In this document: piece after piece, positions 47,990-59,612 of the stretch | Layout of the letters: each line of letters opens with the position of its first letter | How positions within the stretch are numbered: position 1 is the stretch's first letter | Source of the DNA: a candidate division FCPU426 bacterium | GTDB lineage: Bacteria; Oederibacteriota; Muellerivitia; Muellerivitales; Muellerivitaceae | DNA: 64,000 nucleotides | Assembly: GCA_963830915.1 (NCBI GenBank) | Contig: CAWHOE010000006.1 | Coordinates: forward strand, 224,001-288,000 | Reading direction: 5' to 3' | Notes under the pieces: model-generated | The model's input: the letters and a program-made list of their open reading frames with translations, nothing else | Databases searched by the model: none | Told to the model about the DNA's origin: nothing | Program-made: the position numbers and the translations under genes

Positions 47990-49076
47990 CTAAATATTGA
48001 AGAAAAATTCCGGTATCGAGACGATGTATTTAAGGTTCAAAACCCACCGCAGGATCATTTTGATGGGAAGCGCCGCCATCAGCAGGGTCAGGTTGATCAG
48101 GATCGCGTAACGTACCAGCCCCATTTTTTCCAGCATCCCCTGAAGTAGCGGGATCTTCTTGGTCAATAACGGGGGAAGACCGACCAGGTAGAAGATGACG
48201 ATCAGGAAACCCCAGAATCTCGCGGATGAACCAACTATGAGGCAGTCCGGTTCCCAACAACTTCACCCAGATGTACTCGGAAAAGTTCACGTTGTTCAAG
48301 ACCACGACCTTGTGGGCGTCCCAAACCTCGAAGGGTCCGAAGAAGTTCCAGGCCGGACCGCGCAGGAAGGTTCCCAGGAAGATCAGGGTCACCCAAAGGA
48401 TGAAGAATCCGAACAGGAAAGGGATGATGGCGAATTGTCGCTCCGAGAAGGTGTAATATCCGTTACCCTTGGGGTTCTTGTCGATATAAGGGATGGCCAT
48501 AAGGCCTACGATGATCAGGGTCGGGAAGACCACCCCGGCCAGCCAGGGATCGTAATATACGAGCATTTCCTGTAGACCCAGGAAGTACCAGGGGGCTTTG
48601 GAGGGATTGGGGGTCCAGGCCGGGGTAGCCGATTCTTCCAAGGGCGCGTGAAGGCAGAGGGACCAGACCAGAAGAAGGACACCGGCGATCACGGTCACGA
48701 TGAACTCGATATAGACCAGGTCGGGCCAAACATAGGTCTTGATGTCGGAGGTTTCTTTCTCGATCGGTGGTTTTCCCTCGGCCAGGCGCTTATCGTTCAA
48801 GGCGGCCTGCCGGAAGGACAGCCAGGTGAAGAATCCCACCGAGAAAACCATGATGAAGATGGGGAAATTATCCGCTTTGGTGGAGATATCCCGGAAATGG
48901 TCGTTGAACATGGATAATCCCAGGACCGCCAGGACCCCCCCCAGTATCTTCAAGGCGAACTTCGGTTCGGTCCATTGATGCCGGTAGCGGATCATGGCAT
49001 AGAACAACCCGACCGAGATCAGGAAGTATGCCCAAGGTTGGAACAAGAAATTCGTGAGACTGACTAAAGATTGCAT
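47990..49076 (-). CDS. Cytochrome b C-terminal / subunit IV-like protein; frameshifted as assembled
   Basis: VWPDLV, APLEE.A.P..TPNPSKAPWYFLGLQE (PEWY-equivalent), PYID.NP; removing one base at about 48208-48213 restores two more TMs ending ...IPEFFFNI*. Confidence 0.85.
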
Positions 49077-49159
49077 TTTGCCTCGGATCAGATATTTGTT
49101 TTTGGATCATTCCCCTAATAGATCGGAACGATCCACGGCCGAAACTTTCACATCGAACC

Positions 49160-49990
49160 TCAAAGAGGTCCGGAAATCCCCCCGTCCTTGCGGATCCTCC
49201 AGAAATGGATGGCCATCAAGGTCGCCGCGACGATCGGTATAAAGACGCAATGAAGCACGTAAAAACGGAGGAGTGTGGCCTCGGAAACGAAGTGACCGCC
49301 CAAAAGGGCGAAATGGACATCCGATCCCCCATGCACCAAGTGGACCCCGCCGATCTGGATCATGGAAGCGCCCGGACCCTCATAACCCATGAAGGGAGTG
49401 GCGCGGGCCATGTTGGTCCCGACCGTGATGGCCCACATGGCCAACTGGTCCCAGGGCAAAAGGTAACCGGTGAAAGAAAGAAGAAGGGTCAATACCAGGA
49501 GCACCACGCCGATGACCCAGTTGAACTCACGGGGGGGCTTATAGGAACCCGTCATGAAAACCCGGAACATATGCAGCCAGACCGCGATGACCATGGCATG
49601 GGCCGCCCAGCGGTGCAGTTCCCGCATGATGCCCAGAGGCACATGCTCACGAAGGGCCACGATGTCGTAAAAAGCGTACTCGGCGGTGGGCCGGTAATAG
49701 AACATCAAAAGAACGCCGGTCACGGTCAGGTTCAAGAATAGGAAGAAGGACAAACCACCCATGCACCAAGTGTAGCTCATCTTGATGCCGGAATATCGGG
49801 CCTTCACAGGATGAAGATGCAGGAAGAGGTTGGACAGGACCGCCATGATACGGTTACGGGGCGTGTCCGGATAGCCGTGCCGGAACACCGATTTCCAAAC
49901 CTGTCCCTCGGCGATGGATTTACGGACCGCCTCAGGCGAAGGCGCCTTGGCCTTCCATTCAGCGATGGTTTTTTTGATTCCTTCTAACAT
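49160..49990 (-). CDS. Cytochrome b6-type N-terminal subunit
   Basis: WCMGG (Cys at the heme ci position), HRWAAH.M....[27 protein letters not shown]...HF. Confidence 0.94.
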   Translation of the reverse strand: MLEGIKKTIAEWKAKAPSPEAVRKSIAEGQVWKSVFRHGYPDTPRNRIMAVLSNLFLHLHPVKARYSGIKMSYTWCMGGLSFFLFLNLTVTGVLLMFYYRPTAEYAFYDIVALREHVPLGIMRELHRWAAHAMVIAVWLHMFRVFMTGSYKPPREFNWVIGVVLLVLTLLLSFTGYLLPWDQLAMWAITVGTNMARATPFMGYEGPGASMIQIGGVHLVHGGSDVHFALLGGHFVSEATLLRFYVLHCVFIPIVAATLMAIHFWRIRKDGGISGPL

Positions 49991-50050
49991 GCGCTACTCC
50001 CCTTCCTCTAAAAAGCAGTTCTAAGTTAACAACAACTTAAAACTTTCGGA

Positions 50051-50857
50051 TCAGCCTTTGTACTCCAAGAACGATCCGGGCATTCCCCACTGTCCCAATT
50101 CCTGCTGGAACTTGACTCCCTCATCCACCTCGATCTGGCCGTCATCGGCCAGGGCGATCTGAAAACGTTCCAAGGGTCTGGGGGCCGGTCCCTCGAAATT
50201 GACACCGGTGACATAAAAACCGCTCCCATGGCAAGGGCATTTGAATTTCTGCTCGGTCTGGAGCCAGTTGGGGGTGCAACCCAAATGGGTACAGATGGTT
50301 GAGAGCGCGTAAAAACCCTTGTCGTTGCGGACGATCCATACCCGGTGTTCGTTCTTGAAACGCTCATCCACCCCCACCGCGAACTGGTCCGGAAAGCCGA
50401 CCTTGAATTTTAATGGCGGTTCGAAGGTTACATTGGGGAAAAAGAAACGCAGGACGGTGGTCAACGCGCCCATGGTAGCCGCCGTAAAAGCGATCCAGGC
50501 CCATCCTAGAAGGGTGATGAAGGACCGGCGGGTCATCTGGGGATTCAGGGGAAGAACTTGTCCATCAGCCGTGGTAAAGGTCGGCATGGAAGCCGGCGCG
50601 GGGACTGGCTTTTTCTTGCGGATGATCTCTTCCGGAACAGGAGCTGGGTTATAGAAGAAATGGTAGACGGTCAGACCGATCAACGAAAGGACATAGATCG
50701 CCAGTACCCCAAGACCCGAGTAAGCGATGATCAGGATGGTCGAGCTGGCGCCAGAAGACGCTGCAGTGGATTCCTCAGCGAAAAGTATGGATGTGGTTAA
50801 CAATAGGCAAATGGATGCAATAATAGCTATCTTTTTTCGTGGTAATAGATCAGGCAT
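50051..50857 (-). CDS. Rieske [2Fe-2S] subunit with extra N-terminal hydrophobic segments
   Basis: CTHLGC and CPCHGS, GPAPRPL; internal TRRSFI Tat motif; GGAG RBS favours ATG 50857. Confidence 0.93.
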   Translation of the reverse strand: MPDLLPRKKIAIIASICLLLTTSILFAEESTAASSGASSTILIIAYSGLGVLAIYVLSLIGLTVYHFFYNPAPVPEEIIRKKKPVPAPASMPTFTTADGQVLPLNPQMTRRSFITLLGWAWIAFTAATMGALTTVLRFFFPNVTFEPPLKFKVGFPDQFAVGVDERFKNEHRVWIVRNDKGFYALSTICTHLGCTPNWLQTEQKFKCPCHGSGFYVTGVNFEGPAPRPLERFQIALADDGQIEVDEGVKFQQELGQWGMPGSFLEYKG

Positions 50858-50950
50858 CCATGGCTCCAATGGATCTTTCGGCTCAACATAACTCAAAAAT
50901 CATTACGAGGTTTTGATGAGTGAAAAGTCAAATGCATATAAAGCAGGCGT

Positions 50951-50980
50951 ATTCTAGTCGAGTATTTTTTCGAGTGTCAA
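50951..50980 (-). promoter_or_regulatory. Sigma70-type promoter of the bc-complex operon
   Basis: TTGACA-N18-TAGAAT on the minus strand. Confidence 0.6.
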
Positions 50981-51112
50981 GAACCAACGTGGCAAAAATC
51001 CTTATTTTTATGCGGTAAATCGGCCAAAAGGTCATTCAAAAGTTAAAAGAATTCACAAAGCGTAAAAGCTTCCGCTTGCCCGGACAACTTCAGCCATTTT
51101 CCCTATTTTCTT

Positions 51113-52246
51113 TCAATTACCGGTATAAGTAATTTTGAATATCCTTCCAGCGTGATCATCGGAAACGAATAATTCCCCATGGGGGCCTGTCAAAACATCC
51201 ACCGGTTTTCCCACCCTTTCAGCGCCTTGCAGGAATCCCCACAAAAAATCCCGTGGTTTCCCGGCTTTGTTCCCTCTCAGGGGAAAGAAAACCACTTTAT
51301 ATCCCACGGGAATGGACCTGTTCCAACTCCCGTGGAAACAGACAAATAACCCCTGACTATATTCCTGGGGAAAAGCCTGGCCTGAATAAAAGGTAATGCC
51401 CAGAGGGGCTGTGTGAGCCTGGTACTCAAAGATCGGGGACCCGTTCTGCCGAACCCCCAGGTGGCCCATGTCCGGGTCCGGCACCACCTTGCCCTTGAGG
51501 GAGTAGGAATAGGGCCATCCGTAATCCTTCCCTTGCTCGATCAGATAGAATGTTTCCGGCGGTAAGTCATCGCCCAAATAATCCCTGCCGTTACAGGACG
51601 CCCAAAGGTCGGTTGTCCCGGGGCGGAAAGCGATCCCTACGGCATTGCGCAATCCCTTGGCATAAACCTCAAAAGCGGACCCGTCCGGGTCACACCGGCA
51701 AATGGAGGCATAGCGGGGATCCGGTTCCTCGCAGGTATCACAGGTGCTTCCGATGGAGATGTAAAGTTTGCCGTCAGGCCCAAAAGCCAGCGTACGGGTG
51801 AAATGGCGTCCCCCGGGAGGTAAGGGAGTGACCGTATGACCATCCTCCGCGAAGAGTCGATGGTCCGTCATGATGAACCTTGAAACCCTACTGGTTTCCC
51901 CCACATAGATCTGCCCATCGTGAAAAACTAAACTGTGAGGATTGTCCAACCCCTCGATGACGATCCTGGGTTGGGCGCAAAATCCCTGGTTGAATGGATC
52001 GGGGAGTTCCAATATCCTTCCGCCCTTCATGTCACAAACATAAAGGTCGCCTTCCGGGGAAAAGGCCATGCCCCTGGCGTTGCCCAGACCCGAGGCGAAA
52101 ACCGAGACTTTAAAACCCGGTGGTACGGACAACCGCTGCGCCGCCCCTTGAGCCACGGCGTCAGAGGCTGCTGGACCCGCCAAAATAAAATTCGGGAGGA
52201 TAAGTAGAAAGGAAACTGTGAAAAGTTTAGCGGTATGGAATTTCAA
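51113..52246 (-). CDS. PQQ-dependent sugar (glucose/sorbosone) dehydrogenase family protein
   Basis: VPPGF.V..FA.GL..AR, H.TR...FGPDG.LY..IGS.C..C.E, GLRNAVG, YGWPY, AHTAPLG, HGSWNR. Confidence 0.9.
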   Translation of the reverse strand: MKFHTAKLFTVSFLLILPNFILAGPAASDAVAQGAAQRLSVPPGFKVSVFASGLGNARGMAFSPEGDLYVCDMKGGRILELPDPFNQGFCAQPRIVIEGLDNPHSLVFHDGQIYVGETSRVSRFIMTDHRLFAEDGHTVTPLPPGGRHFTRTLAFGPDGKLYISIGSTCDTCEEPDPRYASICRCDPDGSAFEVYAKGLRNAVGIAFRPGTTDLWASCNGRDYLGDDLPPETFYLIEQGKDYGWPYSYSLKGKVVPDPDMGHLGVRQNGSPIFEYQAHTAPLGITFYSGQAFPQEYSQGLFVCFHGSWNRSIPVGYKVVFFPLRGNKAGKPRDFLWGFLQGAERVGKPVDVLTGPHGELFVSDDHAGRIFKITYTGN

Positions 52247-52317
52247 TGGACCCCTTATAAAAGAACAGATTAGTCCTTATAAAGGGATCCATCAAGGGAT
52301 GAGAAACACCCAATCTT

Positions 52318-53922
52318 TTATTTCACCAGTTCCACATCGTCGATCTTGAAATCAAAATCGGGGCTTCCGGCGCCAGGTGAAAAGGTCAGTTTGGTCACGT
52401 CATTGAAACTCTTTGGCACCTGTTTCCCCCAGGAAGCTTGGCCAAAATCCGTGAAAGGAATGGTGACCTGGGTCCAATCAGCCGACGATACGAAATTAGC
52501 CTGGAAATCACAATAGTCCGTCACCGAGGCCTTGTTCAAGGCGACCAAGTGGGGCTTTCCGTCCCCTTTGGTATAGAAGCGAAGAGCTTTATAACCGTTT
52601 ATATTTACGGGGTTCGCTCCCGCGTTCAAGCTGAGCGAAAGGATCGCCCAGGGCCAGGGCGCCTGTTGCGGACCCATGTGGCCTTTCATTCCCGCGCAAT
52701 GTCCTGGGGATTGGGGAGAACCGCCAGCCAGTGTGGTGAAAGGCATTGGCTCCAGTTTGGTGACCCCGAATGTATCGCAACCAGTCCACCAACCCGAACC
52801 ATAAAGGGGCGTGGAAAACTCAAAATCATCCAGTTTCAACACATCCTTATCCGGCGCGACAATAACGGACTGGGAATCGATGACCGCTGGTTTGGAGACA
52901 ATAGGGGCTGTCTGGGAAACCGCCGCTTGTGGTTTCCAAACGGCGTTGATCAGGGTCAGTTCTTTCGCGTCAAAATTTACGGGATACACGGAAGCGGCGA
53001 GGGGCTGAACTTCCTTACCGCCTTGAAGTACCTTCAGCCCATCCCCCTCGATATCGACCTTGAGGACCGTCCCCTTGGGAAAGTTGGCCGGAATTTCCCA
53101 GCGAATGACTGTTTGAGTGTCGCTCTTTTGTGGCTCCGCTTTCTCCAGGATTTTTTCCGCCTTCCAATAGGCGCCCACCTCGCCGAAGGGAGCTACCCAC
53201 AGGTCTTTTTGTTTAATGACCAGGTAATCCAGGAACTGAAGATAGGTTTTCTTGGGGATGGGTTGGTACCAATCGGAGCCTTCGATGGAATGGATCATCA
53301 GGACGGTCCAAGCGCCTGATTCTAGGTCCTGATCCACCCAATTTTTATAGGTCTCATAGGCGTAAGCGGTCAGGGTGACTTGACTGGGGATATCGAACCA
53401 ATCGGGTTCCATGCCGGGGGTCAGATAATAGCCGGACCCATTGCCGCCCCGCGCGATGAAATCATCGGCTTCGACCCATTTTTTCAGGCCGGGCGATTCC
53501 TCGACGAAGGGGTAGGCGAAGGTCAGGACAGGAACGCCGAACAATTTTTCCAGTGCGGACTTGGCCTGCTCCACCTCGTTTTGCTCATCCAGAGGCTTCA
53601 GTTCGGAAGTATGACGATGGGTGACAGTATGGTTCCCGACCTCCTGGCCCGAAACGAGTATCTTTTTCCACTCTTCGGCCCGGTCTAATTTCCCCGAGAT
53701 AAGATAAAAGGTCCCTCTTAAATTCCTTTTGGCCATTTCCGGAACGACTACATCCAATTGGATGGGGATACCGTCATCATAGGTCAGGGAAAGTGCGGCT
53801 TTATAACCATTCCAGGGAATGACTTGAAAGGGAACGTCCTTGGCGTGGGAAACGCAGGGTAATAAAAGCGTGAAAAAGAATACCCAACCCCAGGTTGTCT
53901 TTGCTTTATAAGAATTCGACAT
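52318..53922 (-). CDS. Exported polysaccharide deacetylase (CE4/NodB-like) with a C-terminal CIA30/CBM11-like domain
   Basis: SLTYDDG, EVGNHTVTH, FAYPF, MIHSI; LDDFE...RFYTKGDGK...WTQVTIPF.DF.Q..W...IDDVEL. Confidence 0.88.
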   Translation of the reverse strand: MSNSYKAKTTWGWVFFFTLLLPCVSHAKDVPFQVIPWNGYKAALSLTYDDGIPIQLDVVVPEMAKRNLRGTFYLISGKLDRAEEWKKILVSGQEVGNHTVTHRHTSELKPLDEQNEVEQAKSALEKLFGVPVLTFAYPFVEESPGLKKWVEADDFIARGGNGSGYYLTPGMEPDWFDIPSQVTLTAYAYETYKNWVDQDLESGAWTVLMIHSIEGSDWYQPIPKKTYLQFLDYLVIKQKDLWVAPFGEVGAYWKAEKILEKAEPQKSDTQTVIRWEIPANFPKGTVLKVDIEGDGLKVLQGGKEVQPLAASVYPVNFDAKELTLINAVWKPQAAVSQTAPIVSKPAVIDSQSVIVAPDKDVLKLDDFEFSTPLYGSGWWTGCDTFGVTKLEPMPFTTLAGGSPQSPGHCAGMKGHMGPQQAPWPWAILSLSLNAGANPVNINGYKALRFYTKGDGKPHLVALNKASVTDYCDFQANFVSSADWTQVTIPFTDFGQASWGKQVPKSFNDVTKLTFSPGAGSPDFDFKIDDVELVK

Positions 53923-54004
53923 CCATTCCTCCTGAATTTCGAAAATGATAAAAGGCTTATAACAATTCTCTTTATTCTAATTCAACTGTTGGAAGACAAA
54001 AGAA

Positions 54005-57000
54005 TTACCGAAGGATCAGTAACTTACCGATGGACCGTCCCTGGGAGGTTTGGACCACCACATAATAAAGCCCGCTGGCCAGAGGCTTGCCCCACTTGTC
54101 CGTCAGGCTCAAAGACACATCCGTCCCCGAGGGCAGCTGCCGGTACGTGTTGTCCTGTACCTTCCGGAAGGCCAAAGTGAATATCTTCACCCTTACATCC
54201 GATAACCCGTAATAGGCTGGAGGCCTGACCTTGACCGGCACCGTCCCGTCGGCGGGATTGGGATAGACCACAGGGAAAGACTCAAGCAATGGTGTCAGTG
54301 TCGGCGAAAGGGTAATGGTGGGGGTAATGGTGAAGGTATCGCTAGGAGTGGGCGTATATGTAGGGACCGCCGTGAATGTATCCGTGGGTGTGTAGGTCCA
54401 AGTCCAGGTATTGGTGAGGGTATAAGTTTTTGTGGGAGTGGAGGTCAAAGTAAGGGTATCGGTATTCGTGGGGGTGTAAGTCACCGTCGCCGTATTGGTG
54501 GAAGTTGGACTATTGGTCATTGACGCCGTACTTGTCGGGGTAAAGGTAAGCGTCGGCGTGAAGGTCAGGGTCGGGGTATAGGTCCAAGTCGGGGTGGGGA
54601 TAGGGGTGAAAGTGCCGGTATTGGTGGAGGTCGCCGTGGGGGTCCGGGTCTGGGTTGGAGTCGCCGTATTGGTAGAGGTATAGGTTAAGGTCGGGGAAAG
54701 AGTATAGGTCGGAGTAAAGCTAGCGGTTGAGGTGAATGTCCATGTCGCGGTATTCGTTCCGGTAGCCGAATTCGTGGGAGTGGCTGTAGACGTGGGTGAC
54801 AAGGTCAGGGTTGGAGTGTCCGTGATGGTTGGGGTGAATGAATCGGTCGGGGAGAACTGAGCAGTAGAGGTTGATGTGGGGCTGGCGGTATTGGTGGAAG
54901 TCGAGGTGGACGTTGATGTGTTGATGAGAGTAGCGGTATTGGTCGGGGTTGTAGTGCAAGTAGAGGTGGACGTCCCCGATGGGCTGGCCGTGGCCGTCGG
55001 AGAATTCGTGGACGACAAGGTGGGCGAACTGGTGGGAGTAGCCGAAGGGCTGGGTGTAAAGGTTGATGTTTTTGTGGCGGTGTTGGTAGGTGTTGGCGTT
55101 GAACAAGCGTAAACCAGACGGATATTATCTATATATACGCTTCCGGTGGTTCCAGCCCCATTCTGATAGATAAAGCGCAGCTTGGTCAGAGCCGAACCCG
55201 CCGTAATTGCCCCGGCGGCATAATTGATATTGAATGTGACGTTTGGATTTTCCCCATACAAGACCCCTGGCGTGTCATAGGAAATCGATTGGTCGGACTG
55301 GGTTGCCGTATCGGCCTCCAACACCAAGTTACTCCATCCAGCGTTCGCCATCATGGTCGCTGGCGCATAGACATCCATCTGGAGCTGAGTCACACCCGTC
55401 CAGATGGAGGGTGTGAATGAACTCAATTCGCACAGGTCATCCCATGTCGTGCCAGTATTGACCGTTAACTTAAGACAACCCGAACCCTGGGTGATAGCGC
55501 CCAAGGGGGCGGTCGCGGAAGTCGCGATGCTCAAACCGTTCCCGTTACCGCTGGTCCAGGTCCCGTTATCAGTCAATGTCTCGCATCCATTGAAAAGACT
55601 GGGACAACCAGGCACGGGGGTCGGAGGGGGTGTGGCGGTCGGGACCCCGCAATAGGACTGCACGGCCTGGTACATGGCGGTCATGAGTGGCTGTTGCCCC
55701 GGGTCGATATAGTCATTGGAAATATCCCACATGAATACTCCCCCGGCTCCCCGGGTCGTCAGGGCGTAATTGACCTTGAGGGTCACGGCCTGAGCGTCAT
55801 CGTAGGTGATCCAACCCGTGCCGTCGTTGTTGGTCAAATAAGGGACCAGGGCCACGGGATCCCAATTCCTGGTCCAACTCGTTCCGACCAGGTTGCTGAT
55901 GGCGTTATACCCAAAGTCGTTGACATCGCTGGTGCAATTGGAAGCGGCGCAAAGGACATTGATGGCGCTTTCGGAGTTGAATTGGACCCCGTAAAATCCG
56001 ATGCCCATGTTGAGCAGGCTCGCCGGGACTCCCCGGGTCACGGTCAAGTAATCCATCTGGCTCTGGCAGGTGGCGTCGGCGTAAGGGTTGGTCGTCAGGG
56101 AAACGGGATCGTTATAGCTGGTGTGGCTGTTCCATCCTCCCGCCCCGCTGTAGGTCATGACGTTGAAAAAGGAGACGATCGTGCTCAGGGATGTCAGGTT
56201 CAGATCCACATCCCCCCAGTTCCCGGCCCCGATATCCTGGCTTAATAGCAAGGCAGGATTCGCAGCAGTGAGCTTGTTGCGCAGGGTCTGCATAAGGGTG
56301 ACCGCGTTGGTATAGTCGGTCTGGCTTCCCTCCCAGTCGATGTCGATACCGTCATAATTGTTGGTGGTACAGAAATTGGCCAGGTTCGTGCCAAAGGTGT
56401 TCATATAGGTGGAATTCGCCGCGATGGAAATGAAGGGCGCCGTCACGTCCGCCCCACCGACCGCGGCCAGCACCTTCACCCCGGCGGCGTGGGCTTTGGT
56501 AATGAGGTTGGTATCCACATAGCCTGCCGGCACCGTGATGCTTCCATCGCCGGCCGTGTTGACCGTGATGAACGACTCGCACAAATGGGTCAATTCATTG
56601 TAGGGAATGGTGTTGGAGGTATAGGCGGCGCTTTCCCCAGGGACATAAAAGGCCAGGACGCGCTTGGCGCAAGAAACCGTGGTCGGTGTGGGTGACGGGG
56701 TTGGACTGGGCGTGAAGGATGGCGTACGGGTCACCGTCCAGGTCCAGGTAGGTGTGGACGTCGGACTGGAAGTGGCCGTCAGGGTCGCTGTCCGGGTAGC
56801 GGTCGAGGTCGAAGTGGATGTGGGGGACGGGGTCAGTTCCAAATTGGTATAAAAAGCTAACTGGTCCAACTCATAACTGAAATTGCCGGGAGCGGTCGCC
56901 CCATAACAATAGAACTCCACGCCGGTTATGTCCGTCGCCGTTGGGTTGGTGGGTAACCCTGTTTGGGTATGGGCCCAACCAGCGGTCATCGTGGAAAAGG

Positions 57001-59560
57001 GTATCTGCTCGAAAGTCCAGACGCCCGCCGGCGGGGTGAACTGAAAACCGTAGGGATCATAATCGGTGACGGAAGCCGAATCCACATCCACCCGGTAGGT
57101 GTTCCCATCCCCATAGATCCAGAACTGGATGCCCACAACCCCATAGCCCGATAGGTTGTAGGCCGTGGGTGGGAAAGCGTTGCTCAAGTTGCTGGAATAG
57201 TCCGTCCATCCGTTGGATCCGCTCCCTCCGATCAAACCGCTCACCTTGACGGCGTAGTTCCCCACCTTGCCTGTCACCCCGTATTGAACGGTGATGGAAC
57301 TATTGTACTGAGCTGTTCCCCAAACTCCGTCCCAGAGGTTGAAACGGGTGGGCGATGTTCCATCCCGGGTCAGGTCCTCGAAGTCATCGATGAGGGTGGA
57401 GGTGCCGTAATTGGGTGTGGGGGTCAAGGTCGGGGTGAGCGTATGAGTCGGGGTGAAAGCGGGGGTATTGGTGGGTTGGGCCGCGTTGGTGAATTGAATG
57501 ACCGAGATGGAATAGGGCTTGAAGGTCACCGGGAATGAGGAAGCCGCGTTCGTCAATGTGACCGTGGTGGGCGCGGTATCAGGGGCGGCGTGATAAGGCG
57601 TGGTGACGTTCTGCCAGACATAGTTGGTGCTGCTGAAATTCCAGAAGCTGGCCGAGGCGTTGGGCGCGAAAGCGCTCATGTTCAAGGTCGTGTTATAGCT
57701 ATTGGTCGGGTCCTTGTTGACGACAAGGAGAGAAACGATGTTGTCCGGCCTTTTGTCTGTATAGGCGGTGAGCAGGGATGTGGGACCCCCGTTGGCGGCC
57801 ACGGTGGTGCTCAGGAGGGTGTGGGCGTTGGTATCACCCGGGATAGCCCAGACATTGGTCATCATCTGCATGGCCCAATAGGAGGCCCGACCCTGGTACT
57901 GATAGGCGTTGGGGTCGGCCTGCAAATAGGCCAGGTCTCCGACCGTATTGACATAGATCTCGTCGCCGGAGTCGACATAACCCAAGGAAGAAAAGTAGGT
58001 CGCGAAAGCCCGAGAACCGAATTGCGTGATGTATTCACCCAACCAGTCCGCGGTCCAAAGCCCTTCAGCCAACTGTTCACAAACCGGCGGACTGGATCCA
58101 TCGATATTGTATTCTGTCAGGAATATCGGGGTATTGGCCGAGTAGGAATCGTTGCTCAGCCATGTGTTGATCTTGCCGCCAACGGAGGCCCATTGAGAAG
58201 GCGATCCCAGGGCGATGGCGAGGGTGGCGGCGTTGTTATAAGGCGTGCCCGTTGGATAGTAATTGGGATACCAGTGGAAATCCAGACCCATCACATTTGC
58301 CGAGTCGCCCAGTGTCTTCATCTCATCCAGGAAGGACTGCATGTAATCCTTCCCGTCATAAGCTACTGAGTCTCCCAGGCCGTAAACCGGACCAACGACG
58401 GTGACACTGGGATCCACCGCCTTCATGGCGGTGTAGTATTCGTTGAACCTATAGGCGTAATCCTGGGCGTTAAGAGGGCCACCCGTTTCCCAATTGCCGC
58501 CCATCTCGTTGCCGATCTCCCACAGCTTGACCCCATAACCTCGCGTTACATTGGCGTAATAAACCCAGGAGGCCGCTTCGGATGGGGTCCCCGTGCCGAC
58601 GTTGATGGTGATAAGGGGCACGGCGGAAGGAGAAAAAGAGTGGATAAAAGCCATGAAAGCCTCGAAATCGAAATTGTAATAACCCGTGGGCGTGCAAGCG
58701 GGGTCCATGCTGGAAACCTCGACCGTGGTTTGACTGCTGGAATTGGTGTTGGTGGTCAACTGGGTGCCGCCGTTGTAAACGTAGATCTCGCTCATGGCGT
58801 AAGCGCCGCCCGCGCCCGCGGAACTTGAAAGCAGGAGGACCCGAAGGTACTGGGCGTTTACGGCCGTAAAAACCACCCCTTGAGTGCCTCCGGTGCCAGT
58901 GATCGTGGCGGACGCGTTGTGCCAATCGGCTTCCGTCAATCCAGTAGAGGCGCCATTTTGGTAGGAACTCTGATAGGGCGGAGGCCAACCTGTTTGGGTC
59001 CAGTATTGGACGACAAATTGGGCAGCGTAGGGCGTTCCCCAAACGATCGTTACGGCGTTTATGGATTGGGAACCGGCGAAATCGAGCTCCACCCACTGGT
59101 GGTTGGGGAACTGAGTGTCGGCGTTTGAGAGCCAGGTCGTGGCGGTACTTCCGTCTGTCAGGTTGGAAACATAACCTCCCGCGCCCGCTGTACCCGTATA
59201 GAGCGGACTGGCTTGGAATCCGGAGCTGAAACTGGTTCCACTGGGGACCCAGTGATGGTTGGCGTCGTAGGAGCCTGCTCCATTCCAATGATAAAGATCC
59301 GATAGCGATCCGCCCGGATACCGAACGAGGTAGTTCCCAGCCGCCTGAATAAAAGGTTGAGCCCCTTCAAACAATGAAGACGAAAAATTAAACTGCGTAT
59401 TGATCCCAAAAACATTGAAGGGAATGAAGGTTTTGGTCGAGGTGGAACTAACAGTGATGGTGGCGGGAAGGGATTGGGCAAAGGAGTAAATCGGACAGGT
59501 AAAAAATAGGAAGACTAAAGCTGGGGCCAGAAGGTTATCTTTGATCGATTTTAGCCGCAT
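54005..59560 (-). CDS. 1851-aa secreted multimodular glycoside hydrolase: clan GH-A catalytic domain with inserted F5/8 module, CBM, GH18, CBM, Thr/Pro stalk, C-terminal sorting domain
   Basis: RYPGGS.SD.YHW, WEIGNE, DFHWY, FLTEYN (GH44/51/79-like); GH18 [26 protein letters not shown]; terminal YPNP...IGKLLILR. Confidence 0.88.
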   Translation of the reverse strand: MRLKSIKDNLLAPALVFLFFTCPIYSFAQSLPATITVSSTSTKTFIPFNVFGINTQFNFSSSLFEGAQPFIQAAGNYLVRYPGGSLSDLYHWNGAGSYDANHHWVPSGTSFSSGFQASPLYTGTAGAGGYVSNLTDGSTATTWLSNADTQFPNHQWVELDFAGSQSINAVTIVWGTPYAAQFVVQYWTQTGWPPPYQSSYQNGASTGLTEADWHNASATITGTGGTQGVVFTAVNAQYLRVLLLSSSAGAGGAYAMSEIYVYNGGTQLTTNTNSSSQTTVEVSSMDPACTPTGYYNFDFEAFMAFIHSFSPSAVPLITINVGTGTPSEAASWVYYANVTRGYGVKLWEIGNEMGGNWETGGPLNAQDYAYRFNEYYTAMKAVDPSVTVVGPVYGLGDSVAYDGKDYMQSFLDEMKTLGDSANVMGLDFHWYPNYYPTGTPYNNAATLAIALGSPSQWASVGGKINTWLSNDSYSANTPIFLTEYNIDGSSPPVCEQLAEGLWTADWLGEYITQFGSRAFATYFSSLGYVDSGDEIYVNTVGDLAYLQADPNAYQYQGRASYWAMQMMTNVWAIPGDTNAHTLLSTTVAANGGPTSLLTAYTDKRPDNIVSLLVVNKDPTNSYNTTLNMSAFAPNASASFWNFSSTNYVWQNVTTPYHAAPDTAPTTVTLTNAASSFPVTFKPYSISVIQFTNAAQPTNTPAFTPTHTLTPTLTPTPNYGTSTLIDDFEDLTRDGTSPTRFNLWDGVWGTAQYNSSITVQYGVTGKVGNYAVKVSGLIGGSGSNGWTDYSSNLSNAFPPTAYNLSGYGVVGIQFWIYGDGNTYRVDVDSASVTDYDPYGFQFTPPAGVWTFEQIPFSTMTAGWAHTQTGLPTNPTATDITGVEFYCYGATAPGNFSYELDQLAFYTNLELTPSPTSTSTSTATRTATLTATSSPTSTPTWTWTVTRTPSFTPSPTPSPTPTTVSCAKRVLAFYVPGESAAYTSNTIPYNELTHLCESFITVNTAGDGSITVPAGYVDTNLITKAHAAGVKVLAAVGGADVTAPFISIAANSTYMNTFGTNLANFCTTNNYDGIDIDWEGSQTDYTNAVTLMQTLRNKLTAANPALLLSQDIGAGNWGDVDLNLTSLSTIVSFFNVMTYSGAGGWNSHTSYNDPVSLTTNPYADATCQSQMDYLTVTRGVPASLLNMGIGFYGVQFNSESAINVLCAASNCTSDVNDFGYNAISNLVGTSWTRNWDPVALVPYLTNNDGTGWITYDDAQAVTLKVNYALTTRGAGGVFMWDISNDYIDPGQQPLMTAMYQAVQSYCGVPTATPPPTPVPGCPSLFNGCETLTDNGTWTSGNGNGLSIATSATAPLGAITQGSGCLKLTVNTGTTWDDLCELSSFTPSIWTGVTQLQMDVYAPATMMANAGWSNLVLEADTATQSDQSISYDTPGVLYGENPNVTFNINYAAGAITAGSALTKLRFIYQNGAGTTGSVYIDNIRLVYACSTPTPTNTATKTSTFTPSPSATPTSSPTLSSTNSPTATASPSGTSTSTCTTTPTNTATLINTSTSTSTSTNTASPTSTSTAQFSPTDSFTPTITDTPTLTLSPTSTATPTNSATGTNTATWTFTSTASFTPTYTLSPTLTYTSTNTATPTQTRTPTATSTNTGTFTPIPTPTWTYTPTLTFTPTLTFTPTSTASMTNSPTSTNTATVTYTPTNTDTLTLTSTPTKTYTLTNTWTWTYTPTDTFTAVPTYTPTPSDTFTITPTITLSPTLTPLLESFPVVYPNPADGTVPVKVRPPAYYGLSDVRVKIFTLAFRKVQDNTYRQLPSGTDVSLSLTDKWGKPLASGLYYVVVQTSQGRSIGKLLILR

Positions 59561-59612
59561 TCAGAAAAACCCCTTCTTGCCTACATACACGGTCTAATTA
59601 AAACCTTTCCCC

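Noticed and set aside
45144..48000. Long plus-strand ORFs 45144-46154 and 46816-48000 (similarly 52438-53319 and 57590-58369)
   Set aside because: Antisense shadows of genes with strong codon bias; no recognisable motifs.
51041..51058. Rex-like site TTGTGAA-N4-TTTAACT upstream of the bc operon
   Set aside because: The second half-site matches poorly; not supportable.
54290..55100. Thr/Pro tracts (also 60590-61270) as DNA tandem repeats or mobile sequence
   Set aside because: Codons are diversified; the repetition is at protein level (linker or stalk) within intact ORFs.
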